The translations under genes and the position numbers were made by a program. From a virus: a DNA stretch of 64,000 bases. Every line of letters begins with the position of its first letter. Positions within the stretch are counted from its first letter, which is position 1. Under the pieces are notes generated by a model. The model saw only the letters and a program-made list of their open reading frames with translations, ran no database searches and was not told where the DNA came from. Shown one piece after another: positions 6,448 through 15,121 of the stretch. The stretch is from the IMG/VR virus record IMGVR_UViG_3300007735_001031, positions 1 to 64,000 of that record; one strand, written 5' to 3'.

Positions 6448-6486
6448 AGGGGGGTATAGTAGGGTAGTAGTAGGGTAGTAGGGTAG

Positions 6487-6693
6487 TTATGTAGGAATTG
6501 AAGTTTTACAGCTTATTTCATATCCGTATTTATACCAAATACTGAATAGTTGTGAAACCCAAGCAGGTCCATCTTCTCTATGAGAGAACCAAAAGTTATC
6601 GTAGTCATCAAACATTCCCCAGATCTTTACCGGCATGAGGTCTATACGATTATCTAATTTAATAGTTAATCTGGTTTGTTTCATATCAACCAC
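6487..6693 (-). CDS. small HREDGPA-motif protein
   Basis: HREDGPAW motif; tandem paralog of 6686-6895. Confidence 0.75.
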   Translation of the reverse strand: MVDMKQTRLTIKLDNRIDLMPVKIWGMFDDYDNFWFSHREDGPAWVSQLFSIWYKYGYEISCKTSIPT

Positions 6694-6895
6694 TATACGG
6701 ATAATTTACTCTTGAAATTTCCCTGCCTTTCTGAGACCAAATCATTTCTGTTTCAGAAATCCAAGCAGGCCCATCTTCTCTATGTTGAAACCAGTAATGT
6801 AATATGTAATTAAATTGTTCCCATTTCTTTATCGGCATCATATCCAGCCGATAATCTCTTCTAATTGTTAAGCTGATACATTTTGGCTTTCTCAT
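6686..6895 (-). CDS. small HREDGPA-motif protein
   Basis: HREDGPAW motif; tandem paralog of 6487-6693. Confidence 0.75.
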   Translation of the reverse strand: MRKPKCISLTIRRDYRLDMMPIKKWEQFNYILHYWFQHREDGPAWISETEMIWSQKGREISRVNYPYSG

Positions 6896-7719
6896 AGGTA
6901 TTCTTCATACTTGAAAGTAATGCTGAACTGGTTGGGATCACTACAATCGTTTAGATCGCACATGAGATTATCAATTCCCTCATCAGAATTATATTCTTCA
7001 TATACACACTGAAGGAAGGCTCCACCAATCTTATCATATTCGCCGTAATCAAAGTCCTTATTATTCATAATGCTCGTAAGAGTTTCTGGTGGAAGAAGAT
7101 TTGAATTTACAAGTTCCTGCGCCAGTTCAATAAGCGACTTTACTTCCAGTTCGCGGACGAATACATTATCCTTGAGTTCGTAGGTTTGATCGTCAATCAG
7201 TTCCTTATTGGTTTCATATGGAACCTTTACCTCCACGACATAATGCTTCGTGGTGATCTCGCCATTCTGAAAGAAATGTTCTCCGTCGTAATCCTCGTTG
7301 GTAAAGTAATCTTCTACATCGCAACCCTTCTCAACCAGAAAGTTAAGGAATCCTTCAGGGAAACACCAAGCGGTATTACCACTGATGGAAACTTCCTCAT
7401 CATTAACATAATTCAGATCGTAATCACAAATATCCCACTTGGTTCCCCAACGAGAAACCTTCCAATCATACCAATTCTTAACGCCATACTTATCAAGGTT
7501 TCGTTGTTCCTTGGCTTCGTGGGCTTCTTTATCCGCTCCGCCAACATAACCAGATGTGGTATCCAGGAGTTCCTGCGGGCAGGGAAAGATTGACTGCATA
7601 AAATCAACCTTCTTTTCCGAATCGGATGCGTCCTCTGCCGCCTTCTGAATCAAAGCCCAGAGTTCAGCATCACATTCGTTCTTCTTGATCGTAATATGGT
7701 TGTAAGTCCAATTCGGCAT
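6892..7719 (-). CDS. DUF1281/YubB-like protein
   Basis: MPNWxxN start, WYDW...WGTKWD and TAW motifs. Confidence 0.7.
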   Translation of the reverse strand: MPNWTYNHITIKKNECDAELWALIQKAAEDASDSEKKVDFMQSIFPCPQELLDTTSGYVGGADKEAHEAKEQRNLDKYGVKNWYDWKVSRWGTKWDICDYDLNYVNDEEVSISGNTAWCFPEGFLNFLVEKGCDVEDYFTNEDYDGEHFFQNGEITTKHYVVEVKVPYETNKELIDDQTYELKDNVFVRELEVKSLIELAQELVNSNLLPPETLTSIMNNKDFDYGEYDKIGGAFLQCVYEEYNSDEGIDNLMCDLNDCSDPNQFSITFKYEEYL

Positions 7720-7724
7720 TTTAA

Positions 7725-7928
7725 TCACCAATCCCGCATAGAGTTATAAATGTCTTTGTAATAGCCAAGATCGCTGTAATCATCATCAAGGCTTTCGATT
7801 AAAGATACATCACCTTCCGATCTATCTTCATCTTCCACCCGCTCAACAATCTTCTTTGCCTTCTTTCGCTTTGAAAGTTTCTGTTGAAACTTAATGTCGT
7901 TGGTATTATCAAGCTGCTTCTTCTTCAT
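7725..7928 (-). CDS. hypothetical protein
   Basis: 3' part of track ORF 7725-8042; start uncertain. Confidence 0.5.
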   Translation of the reverse strand: MKKKQLDNTNDIKFQQKLSKRKKAKKIVERVEDEDRSEGDVSLIESLDDDYSDLGYYKDIYNSMRDW

Positions 7929-8376
7929 CTTCATCATCCTTATCTTCTTTCTCTCCGCGCTTCTTCTGGTATTCGGCGGAACAAGTATCACAATGAGCGA
8001 TGTACCAGCCGTTATAACTTCTGTTCTTTCCAGGATTTCCACAATCCTCGCAAGTTCTCGCGGCCATACCAGTTGCGAAGGAGATAAGGAAATCTACAAC
8101 TTCATCGTGTCCGTTCGTATAAACTCGCAGACCACCAAACTTTTCCTTAACTTGGGTGAATTCAACTTGGTGAAACTCTGGATCCTTCTGTTGCTTTCTG
8201 TCGATGTAGCCCTGAATACGACTACAGAGGACTTCCATAATGTTATACCAGCCGTCGCCTACGCATACTCCATAACACATACAAGTAATATTCATAGGAA
8301 GGCTCTTCTGCGCGAACAGCTTGGGATACTTATCATAAAGCTTTTGTTGGAGTTCGTCTTTCATTTTATTCCTCAA
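7909..8376 (-). CDS. conserved phage protein (QVKEKFGGLR motif, CxxC pair)
   Basis: ORF track; recognisable motif. Confidence 0.75.
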   Translation of the reverse strand: MRNKMKDELQQKLYDKYPKLFAQKSLPMNITCMCYGVCVGDGWYNIMEVLCSRIQGYIDRKQQKDPEFHQVEFTQVKEKFGGLRVYTNGHDEVVDFLISFATGMAARTCEDCGNPGKNRSYNGWYIAHCDTCSAEYQKKRGEKEDKDDEDEEEAA

Positions 8377-8551
8377 TATGTCTGATGTGTGATTCTACTT
8401 CGCCGTATAAATAATAGTCAACGAATCCATCTCCATAATCTGCGGCCGGGCCATCTTCTCTATGGAGTTTATCATTTTTATACCAGAACTTAAATGGTGG
8501 GCAATTAAGATCTTCTGGATAATCAATTCGTAATTCTATTACTCTACCCAT
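8366..8551 (-). CDS. small HREDGPA-motif protein
   Basis: WYKNDKLHREDGPA. Confidence 0.75.
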   Translation of the reverse strand: MGRVIELRIDYPEDLNCPPFKFWYKNDKLHREDGPAADYGDGFVDYYLYGEVESHIRHIEE

Positions 8552-8814
8552 TTGTAAATTGAAGTGTTGTATTTAGAATCAATACGGAATCCGCCATCAA
8601 CCTCTTTCAGCTCGGATGCCTTGGGCCATAGTAGCAGGGACTCCTTTTTGCTGTCAAGGTCATCATCAGACAAAGCAACATAAGAAGTAGCAACTCTTAA
8701 TACTGAACGGGTCTTATTCATTTCCGCTCCAGAGAATTCAGTTAGAACAATCTTAGCTCCCGGAATCAATCTCCGTTTCAGTTCCGCTACTGTTAGTTTC
8801 TTCTTCTTCGCCAT
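8539..8814 (-). CDS. hypothetical protein
   Basis: ORF track; AGGAG SD. Confidence 0.75.
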   Translation of the reverse strand: MAKKKKLTVAELKRRLIPGAKIVLTEFSGAEMNKTRSVLRVATSYVALSDDDLDSKKESLLLWPKASELKEVDGGFRIDSKYNTSIYKWVE

Positions 8815-8828
8815 TAGAGTCTCCTAAA

Positions 8829-9494
8829 TTAGTTAGTCTTACCAGTCAAGAACACGACAGCTTCTTTGCTGTAAGTAAGGAATTCTTTTGTCAGTACAGT
8901 AATTCTTGAATCAAGCTCATTAATAATCATTTCTTTTGATTCACTATCGGGCTGAGATTCCAACATCATTTTTACAACATTGATGGATCTAATTTCTTCA
9001 GTGAGCTTGAACCAGCGCATATCCTTAACCATAGGATTGGTCTTATATTCCGGTTGGAGCCACTTTGTATCAATAATAGTATTGAGTCCGGCGTTTGTTC
9101 TTTGTAGATCGAAATTTTCCCTTCTCAACTTATCGGTCTCCTGACTAGAACTTTGAAGTTCGATTTCAAGAGAATAAGCATTGCTGGTGGCTTTCGATGC
9201 CACATTACGAAGACTCAGAACAATTGCTTCAAGTTCTTCAGTCTTAGAGCGAACTTTTTCATCAAGTTCAGCTGCAACTTTTTTCTTCTTGTAATCGTCA
9301 ATATTGGACCAGGTTTTAAAATTGAAGAAAAGAATCATCAAATTAAAACCAATAAAAAATTTAGAAAAACTCCCGACTCCAATCTCGCTCATATAGTTTG
9401 CGAAAAGAACAAGAAAAATTGACGGAAAAATCCACCAATGGAAAAAGATATACACAAAAGTTTCGGCCAACTTCTCTCTGTTAAACTTAAACAT
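8829..9494 (-). CDS. membrane protein with coiled coil
   Basis: two N-terminal TM segments; start at MFKFN after GAGG. Confidence 0.7.
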   Translation of the reverse strand: MFKFNREKLAETFVYIFFHWWIFPSIFLVLFANYMSEIGVGSFSKFFIGFNLMILFFNFKTWSNIDDYKKKKVAAELDEKVRSKTEELEAIVLSLRNVASKATSNAYSLEIELQSSSQETDKLRRENFDLQRTNAGLNTIIDTKWLQPEYKTNPMVKDMRWFKLTEEIRSINVVKMMLESQPDSESKEMIINELDSRITVLTKEFLTYSKEAVVFLTGKTN

Positions 9495-9557
9495 TTTTCC
9501 TCGTGATCTGGTTGTCTCATCCAACGCCACCAAGAATACCAGCGAGATAAATTGCTG

Positions 9558-9836
9558 TCAACCAGCCGAAGAATCTTCTTCAGAATTTTCTACATCCTTT
9601 TCTGTTATTGGTGATCGTTCAACGATTTCTTTTCCATCGTCGTTAAAGTATCGAATACCTTTTCGTGTTTCAATTCTTTTAAGTTTGCCGTTTTCAAAGT
9701 AGCCGAATGTTTCGGATCCACTACCATAGTCAATAGCAAAGCCGTCTGCTCTATGGTATTGGCCTTCACCATTACGCCAGACCTTTTGGCCTGATGGGAA
9801 TACTTCCAATTCAGCCTTCTTCGTTGAAACTACCAC
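9558..9836 (-). CDS. HREDGPA-like motif protein
   Basis: WRNGEGQYHRADGFAI. Confidence 0.65.
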   Translation of the reverse strand: MVVSTKKAELEVFPSGQKVWRNGEGQYHRADGFAIDYGSGSETFGYFENGKLKRIETRKGIRYFNDDGKEIVERSPITEKDVENSEEDSSAG

Positions 9837-10005
9837 TTAGGAAACTCTCCACACATTCCTGTGCTTCTTCCTTTGTCCTGTATGGAATGGTTCTTACTTC
9901 TTCTTCTCGTCCATCATTCCATACATTAACAAGGTGCGCCCAATAACCGGCAAAGGTTTCGCTAAGCTCGGCAGACACATAACCTTCTCTAATAAATTTC
10001 GCCAT
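9811..10005 (-). CDS. hypothetical protein
   Basis: ORF track. Confidence 0.6.
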   Translation of the reverse strand: MAKFIREGYVSAELSETFAGYWAHLVNVWNDGREEEVRTIPYRTKEEAQECVESFLSGSFNEEG

Positions 10006-10525
10006 GAAACATACTCCCTAAATAATCCTTCCATTCATCTGGAAGTGGGTTATTCTTGGTTGATTTGTTAAAGATCTCAAAGTTGTCGGGAACATAAGGT
10101 TCCTTCAATAGTTTCATTCCTGCTTGTTTTGGTGTTCTATCTTTCTTCTTTTGATTACAAGATACACAGCAAGAAACAATATTCTTCCAATTCGTCTTTC
10201 CGCCCTGCGAAATAGGGAGCACATGGTCCATCGTAAAGGTTCGCTTATCCAGCTTGATTTTACAATACTGGCATTCGTGATTGTCTCTAAGCATTACATT
10301 CGTTCGGCTGAACTTGGCGTTCTTTGCCTGACGATTGCGCTTGATGACTCCCTTTACGAAACGAATGATTGATGGAATCTGGAATGATTCTGAGATCGTA
10401 TTGACGACTCTATCTTTATAGAATTCAATAACCTCAACACGACCAGAGAACCAGAGACAGAAAGCCTCCTTCCAATCAACATACCGCATCGGCTGATAAG
10501 CTGTACTCAATACAAGTGTATCCAT
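9989..10525 (-). CDS. HNH endonuclease (McrA-like)
   Basis: RDxxxCQYC...TMDHVLPISQGG..W.NIV.CCVSCNQKK. Confidence 0.9.
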   Translation of the reverse strand: MDTLVLSTAYQPMRYVDWKEAFCLWFSGRVEVIEFYKDRVVNTISESFQIPSIIRFVKGVIKRNRQAKNAKFSRTNVMLRDNHECQYCKIKLDKRTFTMDHVLPISQGGKTNWKNIVSCCVSCNQKKKDRTPKQAGMKLLKEPYVPDNFEIFNKSTKNNPLPDEWKDYLGSMFHGEIY

Positions 10526-10552
10526 CGTCGTCCCTACCACATAGGCACCACC

Positions 10553-10581
10553 AGTGTAGGCCACCAGTAATTATCTGTCAA
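10553..10581 (-). promoter_or_regulatory. sigma70-type promoter with TAATTA spacer box
   Basis: TTGACA-GATAATTA..-TACACT, 17-nt spacer. Confidence 0.8.
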
Positions 10582-10590
10582 GTGTCTCAT

Positions 10591-10710
10591 TTATTCTAAT
10601 ATGATCCAAGTGGCTCTACCCGCTTCGTTATTCACCAACCAGTGATATTGAAGCCAGGTGCGATTTAACGAGGGTAAATAAGCAACATGGAGTTGAACTT
10701 GCTTTTTCAT
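10591..10710 (-). CDS. 39-aa micro-protein of the xLxV...WxxN family
   Basis: manual translation MKKQVQLHVAYLPSLNRTWLQYHWLVNNEAGRATWIILE; ATGA-coupled to GGCT. Confidence 0.6.
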   Translation of the reverse strand: MKKQVQLHVAYLPSLNRTWLQYHWLVNNEAGRATWIILE

Positions 10711-11141
10711 CGCATCACGTCTGCCTTGATTTGATCAACCTTATCGTGGTAATAAGATCTCCAATCGTTAGCCGGAATCTTCACATCCAAAGCGTTTAAA
10801 GAACCCTTAGCCAAAACATAAATGTAGGCGGCAACAGGATATTCTCTATCGCCAAACACAACATCAACAAGCTTTCGCTGATAGAAATGTGGGCAACCCT
10901 CGAGAACATCCAATCGCTTCAATAGTTCATCACTAACCACATAGAGTTCGCCAAGGATGAACTTTCCTTTATCACTCTCGATAATGCCCGGAAAGTATCC
11001 AAGATCATACATATCGTATCGTTGAATGGTCTTGGCGATGGAAAGATACTTTGCGTTGTTATTACGCAGGATTCCGTTGTTCTGTAGCCCCGAACAAAGG
11101 GAGCCATAAACGAATACCAAGTTCTTATTCTTCTCTTCCAT
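10707..11141 (-). CDS. gamma-glutamylcyclotransferase (AIG2-like)
   Basis: VFVYGSL, GELYVV, LDVLEG..YQR motifs. Confidence 0.9.
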   Translation of the reverse strand: MEEKNKNLVFVYGSLCSGLQNNGILRNNNAKYLSIAKTIQRYDMYDLGYFPGIIESDKGKFILGELYVVSDELLKRLDVLEGCPHFYQRKLVDVVFGDREYPVAAYIYVLAKGSLNALDVKIPANDWRSYYHDKVDQIKADVMR

Positions 11142-11142
11142 T

Positions 11143-11505
11143 TTAATCCTCTCTCTTCTTTTCTACCAAATCTTTCTCAATAAGCGGGAGGATGTTATCA
11201 CTCCAAATATCATTCTTAATTTCTTGGAAATTATCCCAATATCCGTCCGTTTTAGCGTCCTCTTTTGGATAATGGACATATTCCAAAAGAACATGCGGAG
11301 GAATTGTATTCAGACATTCTCTCAGGTTCTCATATTCTTCTCTGTATTCTCTATCATAGATAATATCAGTGATTACATTTTCGGTGGTAATGACTTCAAT
11401 ATCAGCAGAAACAATCTCGTCCTCACCAAGAGCTTGGAGTTCTCCAATCTTTTCTTGGAGATAGTTGATTAGTTCATTAACGGGGATAATTTTTCTGTAA
11501 TACAT
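11143..11505 (-). CDS. hypothetical acidic protein
   Basis: ORF track; GGAGG SD. Confidence 0.7.
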   Translation of the reverse strand: MYYRKIIPVNELINYLQEKIGELQALGEDEIVSADIEVITTENVITDIIYDREYREEYENLRECLNTIPPHVLLEYVHYPKEDAKTDGYWDNFQEIKNDIWSDNILPLIEKDLVEKKRED

Positions 11506-11655
11506 TTAATCCTCCACTTTGACGGAACGAGTGTGAATAGAACCAAAGGTTTTGTGTGGAAATTTGTGATAGGGCTTCTTATTCAGCCACCAAGAATATT
11601 CAATCACGGTTGGATTTATAGAATAAATATCAGTCATTAGAAGATAGGTTTTCAT
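11506..11655 (-). CDS. micro-protein array member 7 (49 aa)
   Basis: MKTYLLMTDIYSINPTVIEYSWWLNKKPYHKFPHKTFGSIHTRSVKVED. Confidence 0.7.
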   Translation of the reverse strand: MKTYLLMTDIYSINPTVIEYSWWLNKKPYHKFPHKTFGSIHTRSVKVED

Positions 11656-11789
11656 AGCCACACAAATCGTCTATTGGTTAATCCAATCTTTTTATCCACA
11701 CAGCAATATAATGGAATTTCGTTCAACCACCAAGAATACTTAACGGCGTTCGTAGCATAACTTTCAACTCTTAAGTGGTATGTTTTCAT
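11652..11789 (-). CDS. micro-protein array member 6 (45 aa)
   Basis: MKTYHLRVESYATNAVKYSWWLNEIPLYCCVDKKIGLTNRRFVWL; ATGA overlaps. Confidence 0.7.
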   Translation of the reverse strand: MKTYHLRVESYATNAVKYSWWLNEIPLYCCVDKKIGLTNRRFVWL

Positions 11790-11899
11790 CTGAATTGTAG
11801 CAACTTAAACTTAAATGTTTTGCCGTTTATCAGCCATTCTTTTCTCAAGAGATCTGGGGCGGAATATTGTTTGCGAATTGTAAATGTATGAATCTTCAT
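11786..11899 (-). CDS. micro-protein array member 5 (37 aa)
   Basis: MKIHTFTIRKQYSAPDLLRKEWLINGKTFKFKLLQFR; ATGA overlaps. Confidence 0.7.
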   Translation of the reverse strand: MKIHTFTIRKQYSAPDLLRKEWLINGKTFKFKLLQFR

Positions 11900-12012
11900 A
11901 GATAAATAAACCTCGTCCAAATTTCATAACCATCAACATAGAATGTTTGGCAAAGACGAGTTGGTATGTATTCCCACTCACTTGTATAGATTTTAAGTTT
12001 GTAGGTTTTCAT
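11896..12012 (-). CDS. micro-protein array member 4 (38 aa)
   Basis: MKTYKLKIYTSEWEYIPTRLCQTFYVDGYEIWTRFIYL. Confidence 0.7.
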   Translation of the reverse strand: MKTYKLKIYTSEWEYIPTRLCQTFYVDGYEIWTRFIYL

Positions 12013-12118
12013 CTAATTTAACGATCCTGCTTCCTGCGAAAACGAATTGATAGTTTATGAACCAAGAATACTTAATATAATATCGTGTTTGAAATACTCT
12101 CAACTCATATCTTTTCAT
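11993..12118 (-). CDS. micro-protein array member 3 (41 aa)
   Basis: MKRYELRVFQTRYYIKYSWFINYQFVFAGSRIVKLDENLQT. Confidence 0.7.
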   Translation of the reverse strand: MKRYELRVFQTRYYIKYSWFINYQFVFAGSRIVKLDENLQT

Positions 12119-12231
12119 AGATCAACATATATTCTAATTCTTTTGCCTTGGTTCTTTAGCCCAAACCATTCATAACGAACAAACGGCTCGGACACACTAA
12201 CTATCTCAACACTTAATTCAATCGTTCTCAT
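12115..12231 (-). CDS. micro-protein array member 2 (38 aa)
   Basis: MRTIELSVEIVSVSEPFVRYEWFGLKNQGKRIRIYVDL. Confidence 0.7.
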   Translation of the reverse strand: MRTIELSVEIVSVSEPFVRYEWFGLKNQGKRIRIYVDL

Positions 12232-12331
12232 GATAAACAAACCATTGTTTAATACAACGATGATCAACAAACTTACGATACATCAAGGCATTACTTCTAC
12301 ATACATTAACATCTAATTCAATCGTTCTCAT
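12218..12331 (-). CDS. micro-protein array member 1 (37 aa)
   Basis: MRTIELDVNVCRSNALMYRKFVDHRCIKQWFVYHEND; ATGA-coupled to the deaminase. Confidence 0.7.
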   Translation of the reverse strand: MRTIELDVNVCRSNALMYRKFVDHRCIKQWFVYHEND

Positions 12332-12738
12332 AGCTTCATCATCTCAAAGTATCCATCCTCAGTAGAGTAGAATACACGCTTGCTTCCACAGAATCGCATA
12401 GCTTCCTGACACATAGAACAAGGCTTGGAGTTGCGATACTCATTCTCATAATTCACACGAACAACATAAACATCGGCTCCCTCGGTGGAGTCCTTCGCCA
12501 TATTAAGAATGGCTCCGAGTTCAGCGTGAAGCGTTGCCTGTCCCTTAGTTCTGCAACGAAAGCGACCACCAAAAGAACAAGGCTTATCCTTGTTGTGGGA
12601 AGCATTTAGGACAACCCCGTGCTTCACCAAAACGGCACCATGACGAAACTTTCCGTAGCTGGAAAGCTCCGCCATTCTCTTTGCGAACTCAAACATTCGC
12701 TCGTTTCGTCTGGTAAGATCAATAGTTCTGATATACAC
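12328..12738 (-). CDS. cytidine/dCMP deaminase-fold zinc deaminase
   Basis: HGAVLV, HAE, SKPCSMC; start placed at the GTG after GAGGAG, downstream of the promoter. Confidence 0.85.
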   Translation of the reverse strand: MYIRTIDLTRRNERMFEFAKRMAELSSYGKFRHGAVLVKHGVVLNASHNKDKPCSFGGRFRCRTKGQATLHAELGAILNMAKDSTEGADVYVVRVNYENEYRNSKPCSMCQEAMRFCGSKRVFYSTEDGYFEMMKL

Positions 12739-12759
12739 GACACCGCTCCTCACCCTCAC

Positions 12760-12788
12760 AGCATACAGGGGAGATAATTACAGGTCAA
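12760..12788 (-). promoter_or_regulatory. sigma70-type promoter with TAATTA spacer box
   Basis: TTGACC-TGTAATTA..TG-TATGCT, 17-nt spacer. Confidence 0.75.
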
Positions 12789-12915
12789 GCTTGCTAATAA
12801 TGTTTCTATAATACCTTTCATTATAGAATCTTCCATTCTTTAACCATTCACGGCGAATAAGATCACCACCGAATAACCTAACTACCAGTTTGTATTCCGC
12901 GATCTCTGGCTTCAT
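12778..12915 (-). CDS. 45-aa micro-protein of the xLxV...WxxN family
   Basis: manual translation MKPEIAEYKLVVRLFGGDLIRREWLKNGRFYNERYYRNIISKLDL. Confidence 0.55.
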   Translation of the reverse strand: MKPEIAEYKLVVRLFGGDLIRREWLKNGRFYNERYYRNIISKLDL

Positions 12916-13093
12916 GTTCGTCGTCAATCCATATTCCATTTATGTAATAATCCTTATTCATTCCTTCAAAAGAGTCATAAATAAAAGCAGGGCCATCCAT
13001 TCTGTGAAGTCCATCGCCATTTCCCCACAATTTAGCGGGCATACGATCAAACTCAATTTTGTTATATTCCACAGAAAGGGTTATTACTCTCAT
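12878..13093 (-). CDS. small HREDGPA-motif protein
   Basis: MRVITLSV...LHRMDGPAF...YYING. Confidence 0.75.
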   Translation of the reverse strand: MRVITLSVEYNKIEFDRMPAKLWGNGDGLHRMDGPAFIYDSFEGMNKDYYINGIWIDDEHEARDRGIQTGS

Positions 13094-13401
13094 ATCAGCC
13101 CACGATCCTTCCCGTCAATACAGAAATCACATTCGCCTCTTCCATCGCAGAAACAGCAGGAGAAATATTTATCTACATTCTCTTTCACTTCTGCTTCCGA
13201 CATTTTAGCAATATCTTTGGCGAATTGTTCGGCTGAATCAAATGCTCCACAATTACAATCGTGCCAATCTTTATACCAGCCGCAAGTTGGTGAATGTTCC
13301 TCTTCACCATACTGGCAACCAACAGAACACCACAAACGATTCAACTCGTTGCTACCAATCTGATATTCTTTTCCACAAACACAGCAGTTAAGCGTTATCA
13401 T
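13090..13401 (-). CDS. Cys-rich hypothetical protein
   Basis: multiple CxxC motifs. Confidence 0.65.
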   Translation of the reverse strand: MITLNCCVCGKEYQIGSNELNRLWCSVGCQYGEEEHSPTCGWYKDWHDCNCGAFDSAEQFAKDIAKMSEAEVKENVDKYFSCCFCDGRGECDFCIDGKDRGLI

Positions 13402-13406
13402 TTTGA

Positions 13407-13580
13407 TTATTCATATGCTCCAATATCAAAAAACTTTCCTTCCTTATCAAAGGAAAGAATGGATACGAAACCAGAATATCCTTTCTCAACTGAGATAAAA
13501 GTAAAGTTTTCATCGTGTTCTCCGCGAAAATCAATATTCTGCCGCTCAAGCCAAGAGATAAATGTTTCAAGTTCGGTCAT
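13407..13580 (-). CDS. 57-aa hypothetical protein (MTELETFISW...)
   Basis: manual translation; fills the gap better than track ORF 13388-13570. Confidence 0.55.
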   Translation of the reverse strand: MTELETFISWLERQNIDFRGEHDENFTFISVEKGYSGFVSILSFDKEGKFFDIGAYE

Positions 13581-13583
13581 TAT

Positions 13584-13736
13584 TTACCCCACCATCCATT
13601 CTTCGTCTTTATATTCTGTAATGACGCTCCAAAGCAATCCTAAAAGATTCTCGTTTGTATGTAAATAGCAGGAATAAGAACAGACCCAAACAGGCTTTTT
13701 GCTTATCACTCCTGCTTTCTCACGAAAGATTTTCAT
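13584..13736 (-). CDS. 50-aa hypothetical protein (MKIFREKAG...)
   Basis: manual translation. Confidence 0.45.
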   Translation of the reverse strand: MKIFREKAGVISKKPVWVCSYSCYLHTNENLLGLLWSVITEYKDEEWMVG

Positions 13737-13846
13737 TTTGATTACCACGATCTCCAAAAGATATATAGGACAAGGAATCCCATAACAAAGTAAAGTCCTT
13801 CCGGATTTTCTTTTACAACATTAAACGCTTCAATCATTTTTTCCTT

Positions 13847-14209
13847 TGGTGGAGACGCCGCGAGTCGAACGCGGGTCTTGAATAATAATTGTAATCACTC
13901 ATTCACAGGAATAGCCAAACACCCAGCAGTTCAGCAGACCACCCAAAATATTGGGAACTTCATATGATTTTCTTTAAGGTAGAAACCATTAAAATAACCA
14001 ATTGTGGATATTCTTTTCGGCAGTATCCAAGCTTATCCAAACTTATTTTACAGAGCGTTTGGCAACTCCGTTTAACTAAGCTGCTAGAGCGTAATTAAAA
14101 GTTTCAACATTATCGTTGGCACTTAAACATTTCAGCGTTTTTACGATGCCACGCTGCCCATCGTCCTGCATAATTACAAATCTTACCCAATCGAAACCAG
14201 TTCGTCCCC
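13847..14209 (-). ncRNA. ssrA: tmRNA
   Basis: 5' GGGGACGAACTGGTTTCGA, 3' GTTCGACTCGCGGCGTCTCCACCA with G3-U; tag ORF ANDNVETFNYALAA* at 14120-14076. Confidence 0.95.
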
Positions 14210-14214
14210 TTATG

Positions 14215-14469
14215 TTATTCCTTCTTTTCTAGCGAGGTGAAGGCACCTTCCTCAATTAGTTTATACACTTGTCGAACATTTTTAAGTGTCTGAAACAGAA
14301 CAGCATGGGAGGGAGGAATAGAAATAATATTCTGTCCTTCGAACTCCATTAAGTCCTGCTCCACAACAACATCTAATTCTTGCGCGACAATATTCTCGAG
14401 ATTGTCGATAAGGCCTTCCATAGTTCGCTTGGTATAATCCTTATCATAAGACCAATAACGATTACGCAT
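14215..14469 (-). CDS. hypothetical protein
   Basis: ORF track; GAGG SD. Confidence 0.7.
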   Translation of the reverse strand: MRNRYWSYDKDYTKRTMEGLIDNLENIVAQELDVVVEQDLMEFEGQNIISIPPSHAVLFQTLKNVRQVYKLIEEGAFTSLEKKE

Positions 14470-14659
14470 TTCGTCCTCTAAACTTGTAGTTTTGGATGTT
14501 ATAAATGTATTGAGCAGATTGGAGAACTTGATTCTCCTTCTCTTCCTTCTGTTCGCACCAGAAGCATACGCCGTTTCTCATATCTCTAATGTCGTGCTCA
14601 ACACCACACTTCTTACAGGTTGCCGTATTCATAATGAAGTCCTCCTCTGCTATACACTA

Positions 14660-14688
14660 ACTATAGCAGAGGAGGAAATCTGTGTCAA
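14660..14688 (-). promoter_or_regulatory. sigma70-type promoter overlapped by a 14-bp inverted repeat
   Basis: TTGACA-17-TATAGT; CCTCCTCTGCTATA/TATAGCAGAGGAGG at 14641-14675. Confidence 0.8.
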
Positions 14689-14704
14689 GGGGAGTTAAAA
14701 GAGA

Positions 14705-15088
14705 TTATCCGTTGTCTAATATTTTACCAACAGTTTCAACAACTTCATCAAGAGTTGAGCAGAACCTGCCTTTAACTCTAACTCCGAAATCATCATTATC
14801 AATTGCTAAGAACATAAAAATATCATCGCTGGATGACTTACCATGTTTGTTGCCGTTATAAAAGATACCTGCGATTCCTTGAGTTTGAATTTCAAACTTA
14901 CCAGGACCAAACTCTCGATCTAATCTATCTACGATTTGATCAAGAATTGGCTTTCCTTTTCCTCTATTTGCTTTTAGCCCAAATCCACTACGACCACCAG
15001 CGGAAGGAGAAGCTCTACCAAAATCACCTTCATCTAAGGTATCTTGGATTGCCTCTAAAATCATTTTCTTTAATAATCTATCGTTCAT
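14705..15088 (-). CDS. putative late/virion-associated protein
   Basis: MNDRLLKKMILEAIQDTLDE leader; ACTATTTAT upstream at 15114-15122. Confidence 0.7.
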   Translation of the reverse strand: MNDRLLKKMILEAIQDTLDEGDFGRASPSAGGRSGFGLKANRGKGKPILDQIVDRLDREFGPGKFEIQTQGIAGIFYNGNKHGKSSSDDIFMFLAIDNDDFGVRVKGRFCSTLDEVVETVGKILDNG

Positions 15089-15121
15089 TAACAATCTCCT
15101 ATAAGATTACAGGATAAATAG

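Noticed and set aside
11506-12331. CRISPR array or DGR variable region
   Set aside because: The repeats are short, inexact and coincide with start codons of coupled ORFs; no cas or reverse transcriptase gene and no adenine-specific TR/VR pair is visible in the window.
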